Origin: Xanthobacteraceae bacterium
GTDB lineage: Bacteria > Pseudomonadota > Alphaproteobacteria > Rhizobiales > Xanthobacteraceae
NCBI GenBank assembly: GCA_036845065.1
Contig: DAIUEP010000002.1
Span: 8,566-67,210 of the forward strand
DNA: 58,645 nt
Direction: 5' to 3'
Shown here: piece after piece, positions 17,017 to 25,603 of the stretch
Layout of the letters: each line of letters opens with the position of its first letter
Numbering within the stretch: the first letter of the stretch is position 1
Translations under genes and position numbers: made by a program
The notes under the pieces: model-generated
Told to the model about the DNA's origin: nothing
What the model saw: only the letters and a program-made list of their open reading frames with translations
Database searches by the model: none

Positions 17017-17901
17017 ATGCCTCACGTCAATCCAATCAAGCGAGCCGCGTGGTTCCAGCGCGCAGTGTGCGCAGCGATGATTGTCGCTGCATCGGCCTGC
17101 ATCACCTCGACGCCCACGATGGCGCAGGCCGAGCTGCGCAACGACAGGATCAAGTTCGATTACTACGAACCGAGAGATCCGAAGCTGTTGCCGCTCTATG
17201 AGCGTCTGCAGCGTCGCCGTGTGCTGGAGGAGCTCAGTCAGTTCCTGGCGCCCCTTCGCTGGCCGAAGACGCTTCGCCTGATCATGAAGGAATGTCCGGC
17301 GGGAACGCGGCGCCCGGAGATCATCTATTCCAGCGTCGAGCGCTCGCTCAGCATCTGCTATCAGCTGCTCGCATTCCTCGGATCGCTGCAGCCGCAACCG
17401 GCGTTCGCGTCGCGGCAGGAGGTCATCGTCGGCGGTCTGGTCGGCGTTGTCCTGCACGAGTCTGCGAAGGCCATCTTCGATATGCTGAACATCCCGCGGC
17501 TGGGTGACGACGGCGACGCCGCCGATCAGCTGTCCGCCTTCATCGGGCTGCAGTTTGGCGAGGACGTCGCGCGCGCCGTGGTCAAGGGCAGCTATTTCGT
17601 CTGGAAGAAATACGACGACGAGATCGCGGCGGCCGAGCGGCAGTACGATTTTTCCGCCCGCTCGAGCGTTCCACGCCAACGCATATACAACATGCTGTGC
17701 ATCGCGTATGGGGGCGCGCCGACGACGTTCAAGGCGTTCGTCGATCAGGGCGATCTTCTTTCGGGCCGGGCCGAGAATTGCGCGGAGGAGTATCGGCTGG
17801 TGCGGCATGCCTTCCAGAAGACGATCGTACCGCATGTTGATATGGACATGATGGCGAAGGCTCGATCCACCAAGTGGATCAGCCCGGACGATTTCAAATG
17901 A
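17017..17901 (+). CDS. DUF4344-like secreted protein, copy 2 (paralogue), degenerate HExxH
   Basis: The same block order as copy 1: LLPLYERLQRRRVLEELSQFLAPL, LSICYQL, LHESAKAIFDMLNIPRLGDDGDAADQLSAF, RIYNMLCIAYGG, NCAEEYRLV. GAGGAAG RBS before the ATG at 17017. Confidence 0.7.
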   Translation: MPHVNPIKRAAWFQRAVCAAMIVAASACITSTPTMAQAELRNDRIKFDYYEPRDPKLLPLYERLQRRRVLEELSQFLAPLRWPKTLRLIMKECPAGTRRPEIIYSSVERSLSICYQLLAFLGSLQPQPAFASRQEVIVGGLVGVVLHESAKAIFDMLNIPRLGDDGDAADQLSAFIGLQFGEDVARAVVKGSYFVWKKYDDEIAAAERQYDFSARSSVPRQRIYNMLCIAYGGAPTTFKAFVDQGDLLSGRAENCAEEYRLVRHAFQKTIVPHVDMDMMAKARSTKWISPDDFK

Positions 17902-17921
17902 GGGCGCGGCGTTCCGCGCCG

Positions 17922-17953
17922 CGATCTACTCGAAAATCGATCTACTCGAAAAT
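17922..17953. repeat. 16-bp tandem duplication spanning a stop codon
   Basis: CGATCTACTCGAAAAT occurs twice (17922-17937, 17938-17953). The second copy carries the last codons and stop of the BNR-repeat gene. Confidence 0.85.
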
Positions 17954-20479
17954 ATTGACCGGCCCGACATAGCCGCGTGGCTGGGCTGCCGGCCGGGCGA
18001 GCCCGCTATTGCGCTGCGGCGCGGGGCAGTTCTCCTGGCACGGCAGGTCGGAGAGCCAGATGCCTCGTCCATAGGTGGCCGCGAAGATGCGCTTGCGGAC
18101 GTCGTCGATCGCGAGCGCGGTGACGATCACGGTCGGCATGCCCTCGCCGAATGGAAGCCACTGGCTGCTGCGGTCATCGCGATAGAAGACGCCCGCGTCG
18201 GTGCCGATGAAGATGGGGTTCGCGGCTGACTTATGGGCCACCACCACGTGGACCGGCAGGTTGGCAAGCCCGGCCGAGATATTGGTCCAGGTCCTGCCGC
18301 CGTCGATGGTCGCGAACACCTTGATGCCGGCCTTGTAGCCCGAGAACGTCACCCAGACGCGCTGCGGATCGGTCGGGCTGACGGCGAGGTCGGTGATCTG
18401 CGCTTCGCCGAACGGCAAGTTGCCGCTCACGGTTTGCCAGGTCACGCCGCCGTCATTCGACCGAAACACGCCGCCGCCACCGAGGAACGGAGGCCAGGGC
18501 GCCTGGCCTGACGGCTGCCGCCAGGAGCGGGTGTCGCCTGCCTTGGCAATGTAGATCGTTTTCGGATCCGAACGAGCGATGGCAACCTGATTGCACTCGC
18601 GGCTCGAGCCGATCGCGCCGCGCGTCAGGTTGCTCCAGCTCCACTTGTCGTTCTCCTCGCTGCCGCGCCATAGATCGGCGAAGCAGGCGTAGATCTGGCC
18701 GGGGTCGTCCACCCCCAATGTGTAAGGCGTCACCCAGGCGCCGTCTCCGGCCGCTGCGGGCGAGATTGGTTTGTTGTCGAAGCCGGCACCGCCGCTTTCC
18801 GACTTGAAGATCATGCCGAAGTAGACGCTGGCATACGCAATGCTGGGGTCCTTGGGGTTGATCTGGCAGATCATGCCGTCGCCGCCCAAGACGCGGGTCA
18901 GCTGCCCGTCGAGCTCAAGCCGGTATGTCCCGTTGTCCTGCGAGCCGTAAAGGAGAACATTCGGGTCCTCCGGCGTGATGCAGATCGAGTAGATTTGCCT
19001 GATTGCCCCGCCCATCGTCGCATCAGTGATGCTCATCCAGGCGTTGCCTCCATCGTCCGATCGAAAGACGCCGCCGTCGCTTCCGGTGAAGAGCGTGTCG
19101 CCGCGATAGGTGAGCACGTGAATGTCGGCATGCGTATAGTTGGGCGAGCCAGGCGGCGCCCGCCATGCCGAGGTCATCATCCAGTTCCTGCCGCCGTCGT
19201 CGGATCGCCACGTATCGAGGCCACCGACATGAACGCGATCGATGTTCGTTGGCGAAACTGCCATTGCCAGATCGTAACTCGCCTGCCGGCCGTTGAAGTT
19301 GTTGGCCTCGTGCAGGATGTTCGGCTTCGACAGGTCGAACGGCGGCGTGGGAGTGGAGGCCGACGGCGGCGGATTGCTGTTGGAGCGTCGTGTGAACGTG
19401 TCGCCGCGATTATCCGAACGCCAAAGCCCAAGTGTGAAGCCGGAAGGCGCCGCATAGAGGACGTAGAGCGTATCGGGTCCGGCGGGAGAAACCGCCAGGC
19501 GAATGCGGGTGCTGGTGCGGTCGGTCGGCGAGGGCAGTCCTCCGCCGAGCTTGGTCCAGGTCGCGCCGGCGTCGGTCGACCGGTAGACGTTGGTCTGCGT
19601 CGCCGCGTACACGATGGACGGATCTGTAGGATGGAAGAGGACGTCCCAGAACGGATTGAGCCGAGTGCCTTCGGCCACGGTCGTCCAGTTGTCACCGCCG
19701 TCCGTCGTGCGCAGCAGTCCTTTCGTCGTGCCGGTCAGGAGAATCGCAGGCGACGTCGGATGAATGGCGAGGCGGAATCCGAATTCCACCTGCTCGGTCT
19801 TCCAGATCAAGCCGGTCGGGTTCCAGGTCTCGCCGCCGTCGGTGCTCTTGATAATGCCGATCGAGGGTGGCGCGATCCCATAGCCGGCGCTCTCGCCATC
19901 GCCGGTGAGGACGTAGATGGTGCGCGGGTTCTGGGGGTCGATCGCGATATCGTTGACTGCGAGCATCGGCAGGGCGTCGGTCAGCGGCGACCAGGCGGCG
20001 CCATCATCGCGCGTGCGCCAAAGTCCGCCAGCCGCGGTACCGACATAGATCGTGGCAGGCTCGGACGGATCGAACGCGATCGCGTTGATACGCCCGGCGT
20101 CGGTGCCTTGCTCTTCGTCCGTCGGCTTGACGAGGCGCCAGTTGGGAACGATGCCCGCTGCAGCCGCGGCCGCCTTGCTGGCTTGGAATGAGTTCGATCG
20201 CGCCGACTGGAAGTGATGCAGCCAGGTCAGCGCCGTGAAGTTCACCATGTCGCCGGAGGGGTAGCTGCGCGGTTTGACGAACTCGAGCTGGCGCGCGTAA
20301 GGACGGTATCCCGTTCCTTTGCCCTTGCCGACCCGGTTGTAGTAGTCCTCGCGCGCGTTGATGTGGTCGGTCAGCTTGGCACCCGGAGGCAGCTGGGGCG
20401 GCGGCAGGGCCTCTTGGGCCGCAATGGCTCCGGTGAGCAAACCAAGCATGATCACAACGCGGACGGCGTCCAGTCGCAT
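17942..20479 (-). CDS. secreted BNR/Asp-box repeat protein (sortilin/glycoside-hydrolase-like beta-propeller)
   Basis: Signal peptide, then at least 8 Asp-box motifs (TDGGETWNP, TDGGDNWTT, STDAGATWTK, SDNRGDTFT, SDDGGRNWM, SDDGGNAWM, SNDGGVTWQT, IDGGRTWTN). Confidence 0.8.
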   Translation of the reverse strand: MRLDAVRVVIMLGLLTGAIAAQEALPPPQLPPGAKLTDHINAREDYYNRVGKGKGTGYRPYARQLEFVKPRSYPSGDMVNFTALTWLHHFQSARSNSFQASKAAAAAAGIVPNWRLVKPTDEEQGTDAGRINAIAFDPSEPATIYVGTAAGGLWRTRDDGAAWSPLTDALPMLAVNDIAIDPQNPRTIYVLTGDGESAGYGIAPPSIGIIKSTDGGETWNPTGLIWKTEQVEFGFRLAIHPTSPAILLTGTTKGLLRTTDGGDNWTTVAEGTRLNPFWDVLFHPTDPSIVYAATQTNVYRSTDAGATWTKLGGGLPSPTDRTSTRIRLAVSPAGPDTLYVLYAAPSGFTLGLWRSDNRGDTFTRRSNSNPPPSASTPTPPFDLSKPNILHEANNFNGRQASYDLAMAVSPTNIDRVHVGGLDTWRSDDGGRNWMMTSAWRAPPGSPNYTHADIHVLTYRGDTLFTGSDGGVFRSDDGGNAWMSITDATMGGAIRQIYSICITPEDPNVLLYGSQDNGTYRLELDGQLTRVLGGDGMICQINPKDPSIAYASVYFGMIFKSESGGAGFDNKPISPAAAGDGAWVTPYTLGVDDPGQIYACFADLWRGSEENDKWSWSNLTRGAIGSSRECNQVAIARSDPKTIYIAKAGDTRSWRQPSGQAPWPPFLGGGGVFRSNDGGVTWQTVSGNLPFGEAQITDLAVSPTDPQRVWVTFSGYKAGIKVFATIDGGRTWTNISAGLANLPVHVVVAHKSAANPIFIGTDAGVFYRDDRSSQWLPFGEGMPTVIVTALAIDDVRKRIFAATYGRGIWLSDLPCQENCPAPQRNSGLARPAAQPRGYVGPVNIFE

Positions 20480-20601
20480 GGGCCCAATCCTTTGATCGAC
20501 CGTGGTAACCTGCCGGAAATGATAACGTAGCGCGGCCCGTCACGCTACGGCGCGGCTGGCCCGCGCGGGCGCATCCGCAGGGACGGCGCCAGGTTGCTCG
20601 G

Positions 20602-20649
20602 CTCGGGGATGTCGTGGCTCGGGAATGTCGTGACTCGGGGATGTCGTGG
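20602..20649. repeat. 16-bp tandem repeat x3
   Basis: Units are CTCGGGGATGTCGTGG, CTCGGGAATGTCGTGA and CTCGGGGATGTCGTGG. Confidence 0.85.
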
Positions 20650-20669
20650 CCGGGGCCGGCCACGACATC
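20640..20669. terminator. perfect 14-bp-arm hairpin downstream of the cytochrome c/sulfite dehydrogenase operon
   Basis: GATGTCGTGGCCGG (20640-20653) pairs with CCGGCCACGACATC (20656-20669). It lies 40 bp beyond the stop at 20708 on the minus strand. There is no obvious U-tract. Confidence 0.5.
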
Positions 20670-20678
20670 TCAAATCGA

Positions 20679-20726
20679 CTTCGGATCAGGTCTGCTTCGG
20701 ATCAAGTCTACTTCGGATTGCGCGGG
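20679..20726. repeat. second 16-bp tandem repeat x3, overlapping a gene 3' end
   Basis: Units are CTTCGGATCAGGTCTG, CTTCGGATCAAGTCTA and CTTCGGATTGCGCGGG. The third unit encodes the C-terminus (..PRNPK) and the second contains the stop of the cytochrome c gene. Confidence 0.8.
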
Positions 20727-21244
20727 AACGGGATGAAGCCGTCGCGGTTCGGCATCCTGACCTTCGGCAGCGACTGGGCGTCGAGCACATCATCCTTCCC
20801 GATGATCTCGTTCAGGTTGAGGATATAGGCCGATACGGCGTACACCTCGTCGTCGGTCAGGGACTTTGACTCCTGGAACGGCATGGCGCGGCGGATGTAA
20901 TCGAACAGCGTGGTGGCGTAAGGCCAATAGCTGCCGACCGTCTTCACCGGCGCCTTGCCGGCTTCGAGCGAGCCCTTGCCGCCGACCAGCGCGTCGTTGG
21001 GCCGGCCGGCTCCCTTCTCGCCGTGGCAGGCTTGGCACTTGGCGGCGTAGACCGCTTCACCCTGCGCGGCGGTGCCACGGCCGGGCGGAAGCCCGGCGCC
21101 ATCCGGCCCGATGCTGATGTCCCAGGGCGCGATGTCGGCGGGCGCGATCGGTTGCCCGAATTTGGGAGGCGTCTGCGCCGATGCGGCAACAGTCGTTAAG
21201 GCGACGACGGCTGCGCCGAGCGCGAGGTGCTTAAGCATAGACAT
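20708..21244 (-). CDS. monohaem c-type cytochrome, SorB-like partner of sulfite dehydrogenase
   Basis: Signal peptide MSMLKHLALGAAVVALTTVAASA. There is a single CQACH haem motif. The start overlaps the upstream gene's stop by 14 nt. Confidence 0.8.
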   Translation of the reverse strand: MSMLKHLALGAAVVALTTVAASAQTPPKFGQPIAPADIAPWDISIGPDGAGLPPGRGTAAQGEAVYAAKCQACHGEKGAGRPNDALVGGKGSLEAGKAPVKTVGSYWPYATTLFDYIRRAMPFQESKSLTDDEVYAVSAYILNLNEIIGKDDVLDAQSLPKVRMPNRDGFIPFPRNPK

Positions 21245-22514
21245 TGATGGCCTCCCCCTTGTCGTCGATGCGCCAGCTCTGGATCGCGTTGTAGTGATAG
21301 TTGCCGCGCAGCCCGCGTTCGGCCGCGAACGCCGCGCGAGAGGGCTGCACCATGCCGGTGTCGTCGGTGGCGCGGCTCTGCAGCACGGCCGGGCCGCCAT
21401 TCCATTGCCAGGGGAGGCGGAAGCGGACCGGCGCCTTCGGCAGGTTCGGCTCCGCCAGCGCGGCGGGCGCCCAGCTTTGGCCGCCATCGGCCGAGACCTC
21501 GACCTGACGGATGCGGCCGTTGCCCGACCAGGCAAGCCCGGAGATCTCATAGAAGCCCGGACCCTTGAGGGTCAGGCCCGGTGAGGGCCGCGTGATGACC
21601 GACTTCACCTCAAGCGGGAATACGAACTGCCAGGCCTTCTCGTCCTTGAGCAGGATCGTGTACTTGGAGGTCTCGTCCTTGGTCATGGCCGGCCCGGCGG
21701 TGAGCTTGAGCCGGCGCAGCCACTTGACGTTCATGTTGCCTTCGAAGCCCGGCAGCAGCAGCCGCAACGGGTAGCCGTTCGACGGCCGCACGCGCTCGCC
21801 GTTCTGATAGAGGCAGAGGAGCGCATCATCCATCGCCTTGGCGAGCGGAACGCTGCGGCTCATGGCGGCGGAATCGGCGCCCTCGGCGATCATCCAGCGC
21901 GCGGAAGGATCGACACCGGCCTCGTCGAGGAGCGTCGAGAGCTTCACACCGGTCCATTCCGAGCAGCTCAGCAGGCCATGGATCGCCGGCACATTGAGCG
22001 GTTGAGGTTGCGGTGCGTTGAGCGCTCCGCTGTTGCCCGCACATTCGACGAAGGCGATGCGCGACGTCATCGGATAGCGCGAGAGCGCCTCGAGCGTGAA
22101 CACCAGCGGCTGCTTGACCAGGCCGTGGATCACCAGCCGATGCTGATCCGGATCGATGTCCGGGATGCCGGAATGGCTGCGCTCGAAGTGCAGCCCGGAG
22201 GGCGTCATCATCCCCTCAAGCAGGTGCAGCGGCGTGCGCGCCGAGCCGATCCCTTGCGTCGCCGGGTTCGCGGGCGGCGCAAAGCCGCGCACGACCTTGC
22301 TCTCGAACTGCGACGGCTGGCCGTAGGGCACGAAGTTCGCGCCCGGCACCTTCATCCAGCGTGGCACTGGAAGCGGCTCGGCCGCCGCGCTTGCTAGCCC
22401 CGCACCGGTCGCGCCGGCCACCAGCGCGCCTTCGAGAAAGACACGGCGGCTGAGGATTCCATTGCCGGCCGCCGGCTCGGCGGGTCGCCAGGACGCGTCG
22501 CTCTTTCGTTTCAT
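21231..22514 (-). CDS. sulfite oxidase-family molybdopterin oxidoreductase (SorA/SoxC-like sulfite dehydrogenase)
   Basis: Tat signal SRRVFLEGALVAGATGAGLASAAA. VECAGNS contains the Mo-ligand Cys motif, and the Mo-co dimerisation domain is at the C-terminus. Confidence 0.85.
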   Translation of the reverse strand: MKRKSDASWRPAEPAAGNGILSRRVFLEGALVAGATGAGLASAAAEPLPVPRWMKVPGANFVPYGQPSQFESKVVRGFAPPANPATQGIGSARTPLHLLEGMMTPSGLHFERSHSGIPDIDPDQHRLVIHGLVKQPLVFTLEALSRYPMTSRIAFVECAGNSGALNAPQPQPLNVPAIHGLLSCSEWTGVKLSTLLDEAGVDPSARWMIAEGADSAAMSRSVPLAKAMDDALLCLYQNGERVRPSNGYPLRLLLPGFEGNMNVKWLRRLKLTAGPAMTKDETSKYTILLKDEKAWQFVFPLEVKSVITRPSPGLTLKGPGFYEISGLAWSGNGRIRQVEVSADGGQSWAPAALAEPNLPKAPVRFRLPWQWNGGPAVLQSRATDDTGMVQPSRAAFAAERGLRGNYHYNAIQSWRIDDKGEAINVYA

Positions 22515-22595
22515 CGGATATCCTCCCTTGTGCCGTCAATCCGTTTAGAAACAACGGCTGTCACATCGTGCATGCATAATACAAGCATACACTTA

Positions 22596-23651
22596 TCAAA
22601 CACCCAAAAGCTTGAGCGTATTGCCGCCCGCCACCATCTGCTGCTGCTCGGCATTGAGCCCCGCAAAGGTGAGCGCCTTCTGCAGGCGGGTCGGCACGTC
22701 CTTCTCCACGACGATCGGCCAGTCGGTACCGGCGAGCACGTGGTCGGCGCCGAGCAGCTCGACCATGCTGCCCACCAGCGCCGGATGGATGCCCATCGTA
22801 TCGATATAGACGTGTCGGCGTGCGAGCTCCGGGGTATCGCGTCTGATCCGCTGCCCCTCGCCGAAGCCGCCGGCCATGAGCACGCCGCCGATCGCAAGCG
22901 TGGTGACGACGACACGCAGCTTGGGCAATTCGTCGAACACGCCGCCTTCGAGCAGCGAAATGAGCGCGAGCGAATTGATGGTCGCGCGCGCAAGCCGCAC
23001 GCCCTGGCGGCCGGTCTTGCCGAAGCGCTCGTGCATCTGTGGATCGGTGATCGGATGGATGAACACCGGCACGCCGAGCGCGGCGGCGGCCGCGAGCGTC
23101 GGTCGCGCCTGCTTGGCGTTCGGGAGCAGGTCTCGCTTGGCGCTCTCGATGAAAACGCCGCGCAGGCCGAGCTCGCGCACGGCACGATTCAATTCGCGCG
23201 CGCCGTCTTCGCCGCTGTAGGCATCGACCGTCGCCAGGCCGTAGAGCTTGCCCGGATTCTTGGCGACCAGATTGGCGACCTCGTCGTTGATGCGGGGGAT
23301 GGTGCCTTTCGGCACCTCGCCGTCGGCATCCTGCAGGAACGCGGTCGGTGTGTTGATCACGCGCGCGGCAGTGCCGGTTATCTCGAGCGAGTCGATGAGG
23401 GCGCGCGGGTCGGCGAGCTGCGCGTTAACCTTGGCCTGCGCCTCGCGCTGTGCCGGCGGCGTATTGCTCATGTTCGTCAATGTGAACGAGGGGCCCACAA
23501 AGTGATTGTGGAAGTCGACGACCTTCAGGGCGGGTGCGGAGCGCTCCTGCGCTTCACTCGCCTGTGACAGCGCGGCGGCCGACGCCACGCCTGCGCCCAG
23601 GGCGCCGAGGAACTGGCGTCGTGCGATGGAGGAATGGTCCTTGCCGGTCAT
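22596..23651 (-). CDS. amidohydrolase-2 family protein with Tat signal
   Basis: ARRQFLGALGAGVASAAAL, then VVDFHNHF (metal-binding HxH) ... HPITDP ... LAGTDWP. Confidence 0.75.
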   Translation of the reverse strand: MTGKDHSSIARRQFLGALGAGVASAAALSQASEAQERSAPALKVVDFHNHFVGPSFTLTNMSNTPPAQREAQAKVNAQLADPRALIDSLEITGTAARVINTPTAFLQDADGEVPKGTIPRINDEVANLVAKNPGKLYGLATVDAYSGEDGARELNRAVRELGLRGVFIESAKRDLLPNAKQARPTLAAAAALGVPVFIHPITDPQMHERFGKTGRQGVRLARATINSLALISLLEGGVFDELPKLRVVVTTLAIGGVLMAGGFGEGQRIRRDTPELARRHVYIDTMGIHPALVGSMVELLGADHVLAGTDWPIVVEKDVPTRLQKALTFAGLNAEQQQMVAGGNTLKLLGV

Positions 23652-23905
23652 CGCGTGATCCTCCCGGTGTGGTCAGCTGTGTCCTGGGCCGCATTGATTG
23701 ACTTGCGTCATGGCCTGCAGGTTTTATGAGTTGACCAATGCTAGCCCAAATAGGGTTGGCCATACAACGGCGGCCATAGTGTGGGCTGGACGTCGCTTGC
23801 GGATGTGGTCGCGCGTGGGTTGCCCTTGATGGGCGGCCTTGGGGGGCAGAGTCTTGGACGTGACCGGCTCGCAAGCTCAATTGGACAGGATCGAAAGGGA
23901 GCATC

Positions 23906-24523
23906 GTGGAACAAGGCTCGAGCGAGTATCAGCGTTGGGAAGGGCGGTTTGGCGTTCCGGATTATGTCTTCGGCAAGGAGCCGAACTACTTCCTCGCCTC
24001 CTGCAAGCCGCTACTACCCCGTTCCGGCAGGGCGCTTGCGGTGGCGGATGGCGAGGGGCGCAATGGTGTCTGGCTGGCCGAGCAGGGTCTCGAAGTGGTG
24101 TCGATCGACTTCTCGCCCTCCGCTCAACGCAAGGCGCAGGCCTTGGCGAAGGAGCGCGGGGTTACGGTCAGCTTCCTGCAAGCCGATGTGCATACCTTCG
24201 AATACCCGGAGGCGGCGTTCGACGTCGTGGTCGAGATTTTCACGCAGTTTAGCTCCCCGGCCGAGCGGGCCATGAAATGGGCCGGCATGCGGAAGGCGCT
24301 CAAGCCCGGCGGGCTCTTGATCATCCAAGGATATACGCCCAAGCAACTGCAATACGGGACCGGTGGGCCGAAGGAGATCGACAATCTCTATACCCGTGCC
24401 ATGCTGGAAGAGGCCTTCCGTGGGTTCCGCGACTTGACGATTGTCGAAGAGGAGCGCGAGCTGCACGAAGGCACTTCGCACGGCGGCATGTCGGCGGTGA
24501 TCAGTCTGACCGCGCGCAAGTAG
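23906..24523 (+). CDS. class I SAM-dependent methyltransferase (TehB-like)
   Basis: ALAVADGEGRNGVWLAEQGLEVVSIDFS (motif I plus acidic loop) ... FDVVVEIF ... LKPGGLLII. GTG start. Confidence 0.75.
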   Translation: MEQGSSEYQRWEGRFGVPDYVFGKEPNYFLASCKPLLPRSGRALAVADGEGRNGVWLAEQGLEVVSIDFSPSAQRKAQALAKERGVTVSFLQADVHTFEYPEAAFDVVVEIFTQFSSPAERAMKWAGMRKALKPGGLLIIQGYTPKQLQYGTGGPKEIDNLYTRAMLEEAFRGFRDLTIVEEERELHEGTSHGGMSAVISLTARK

Positions 24524-24528
24524 CAGCC

Positions 24529-25437
24529 TCACGAATCCTCCAGCGCGGTCGGTGGCGACGCATGGCCTCGCCCGGCCACGATCTCAAGCGAGTGCGTGAT
24601 GTGCTGCGCCAGAAGCTCGGCCGCTCGCGAGAGCGCGCCGGGGGCACGATATAATGCAATTTCAGTATCGGGCATTGCCGGCAGGCCGTGCTCGGCGGCG
24701 AGCAGCTTCAGGCCGTCCGGCAACATCTCCTTCGACATCACCGTTACGCCTAAGCCGGCGCGCACGGCGGCTTGCAGGCCCTCGCTGCTGGGGCTGGTGT
24801 AGACGACCCGCCATTGCCGCCCGGCAGCCTGCAGACCGGCCAGGGCCCGCTTGCGATAGACGTCGGGCGCCGGCGCCAGCACGAGCGGGATGAGCTCATC
24901 CGGGTTGAGCACCAGCCTCGGTCCGCCCACCCAGACCAGCACATCGCGCCACACCGGAACGCCCCCGGCTGGTCCTTGCGGCTCGCGTTTCACCAGCACG
25001 AGGTCGTACTCGCCTTTGGCGAAGCCCTCGAGCAGATGAAAGCTGAAATTGCAGTTGACCTCGAGCGCGACGCGCGGATGCGCGCGCGCGAACCGGGCCA
25101 ACACGTCGGGAAGATAGACGGTGGCAAAGTCCTCCGGCGTTCCGACACGCACGGTGCCCTCGACGTCCGGCTCGAGGATGCGGGAGCGCGCCTCGTCCGC
25201 GATGCGCAGGAGCTGACGCGCATAGACAAGCAGGATCTCTCCGTCCGCGGTCAGCTGCAGCTCACGGCCGTCTCGTTCGAACACACGGCGGCCAAGGCCA
25301 CCCTCGAGCTTCTTGATCTGCAGGCTGACCGTTGACTGCGTGCGTCCGATCCGCTCACCCGCCCGGGTGAAGCCACCATTATCCACCACCGCAACGAATG
25401 TGCGGAGCAGGTCGAAGTCGAAGGGTGGGAGGGGCAT
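24529..25437 (-). CDS. LysR-family transcriptional regulator
   Basis: The HTH is LLRTFVAVVDNGGFTRAGERIGRTQSTVSLQIKKLE, followed by a LysR substrate-binding domain. The start is taken at MPLPPFDF. Confidence 0.85.
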   Translation of the reverse strand: MPLPPFDFDLLRTFVAVVDNGGFTRAGERIGRTQSTVSLQIKKLEGGLGRRVFERDGRELQLTADGEILLVYARQLLRIADEARSRILEPDVEGTVRVGTPEDFATVYLPDVLARFARAHPRVALEVNCNFSFHLLEGFAKGEYDLVLVKREPQGPAGGVPVWRDVLVWVGGPRLVLNPDELIPLVLAPAPDVYRKRALAGLQAAGRQWRVVYTSPSSEGLQAAVRAGLGVTVMSKEMLPDGLKLLAAEHGLPAMPDTEIALYRAPGALSRAAELLAQHITHSLEIVAGRGHASPPTALEDS

Positions 25438-25603
25438 GCCAGTTGCTGTCGGCTGTCGTGATGCGGCCGCTGTCGCGCGTTGGCCCGCACCCATCAGTGT
25501 ACTCCGGAGCACGGTTCGATCCAAGCCGCGTCCGGCGCGTCCAGCGCGTGTCGCTAGCCGGGGTCACTCACGAACAGCCGCGTACGTCCTCCATCGGCCT
25601 TCA

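Noticed and set aside
14071-17835. 1254-aa minus-strand ORF spanning the whole TIR cluster
   Set aside because: It is an antisense shadow ORF typical of high-GC DNA, with an Arg/Gly/Pro/Ala-rich low-complexity translation and no recognisable domain. It is fully overlapped by four plus-strand genes with clear signal peptides, TM helices and family motifs.
20708-21550. 280-aa version of the cytochrome c ORF, and the long upstream extensions of 11425-12906 and 32134-33471
   Set aside because: The upstream extensions run through the preceding genes in another frame. Signal peptides or RBSs mark the internal starts used in the feature list.
22515-22595. Sigma-70-like promoter (TTGATA ... TATTAT) and FNR/FixK boxes upstream of the sulfite dehydrogenase operon and elsewhere
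   Set aside because: The hexamer spacing does not fit a 17-bp spacer convincingly. No TTGAT-N4-ATCAA box was found in any intergenic region I inspected.
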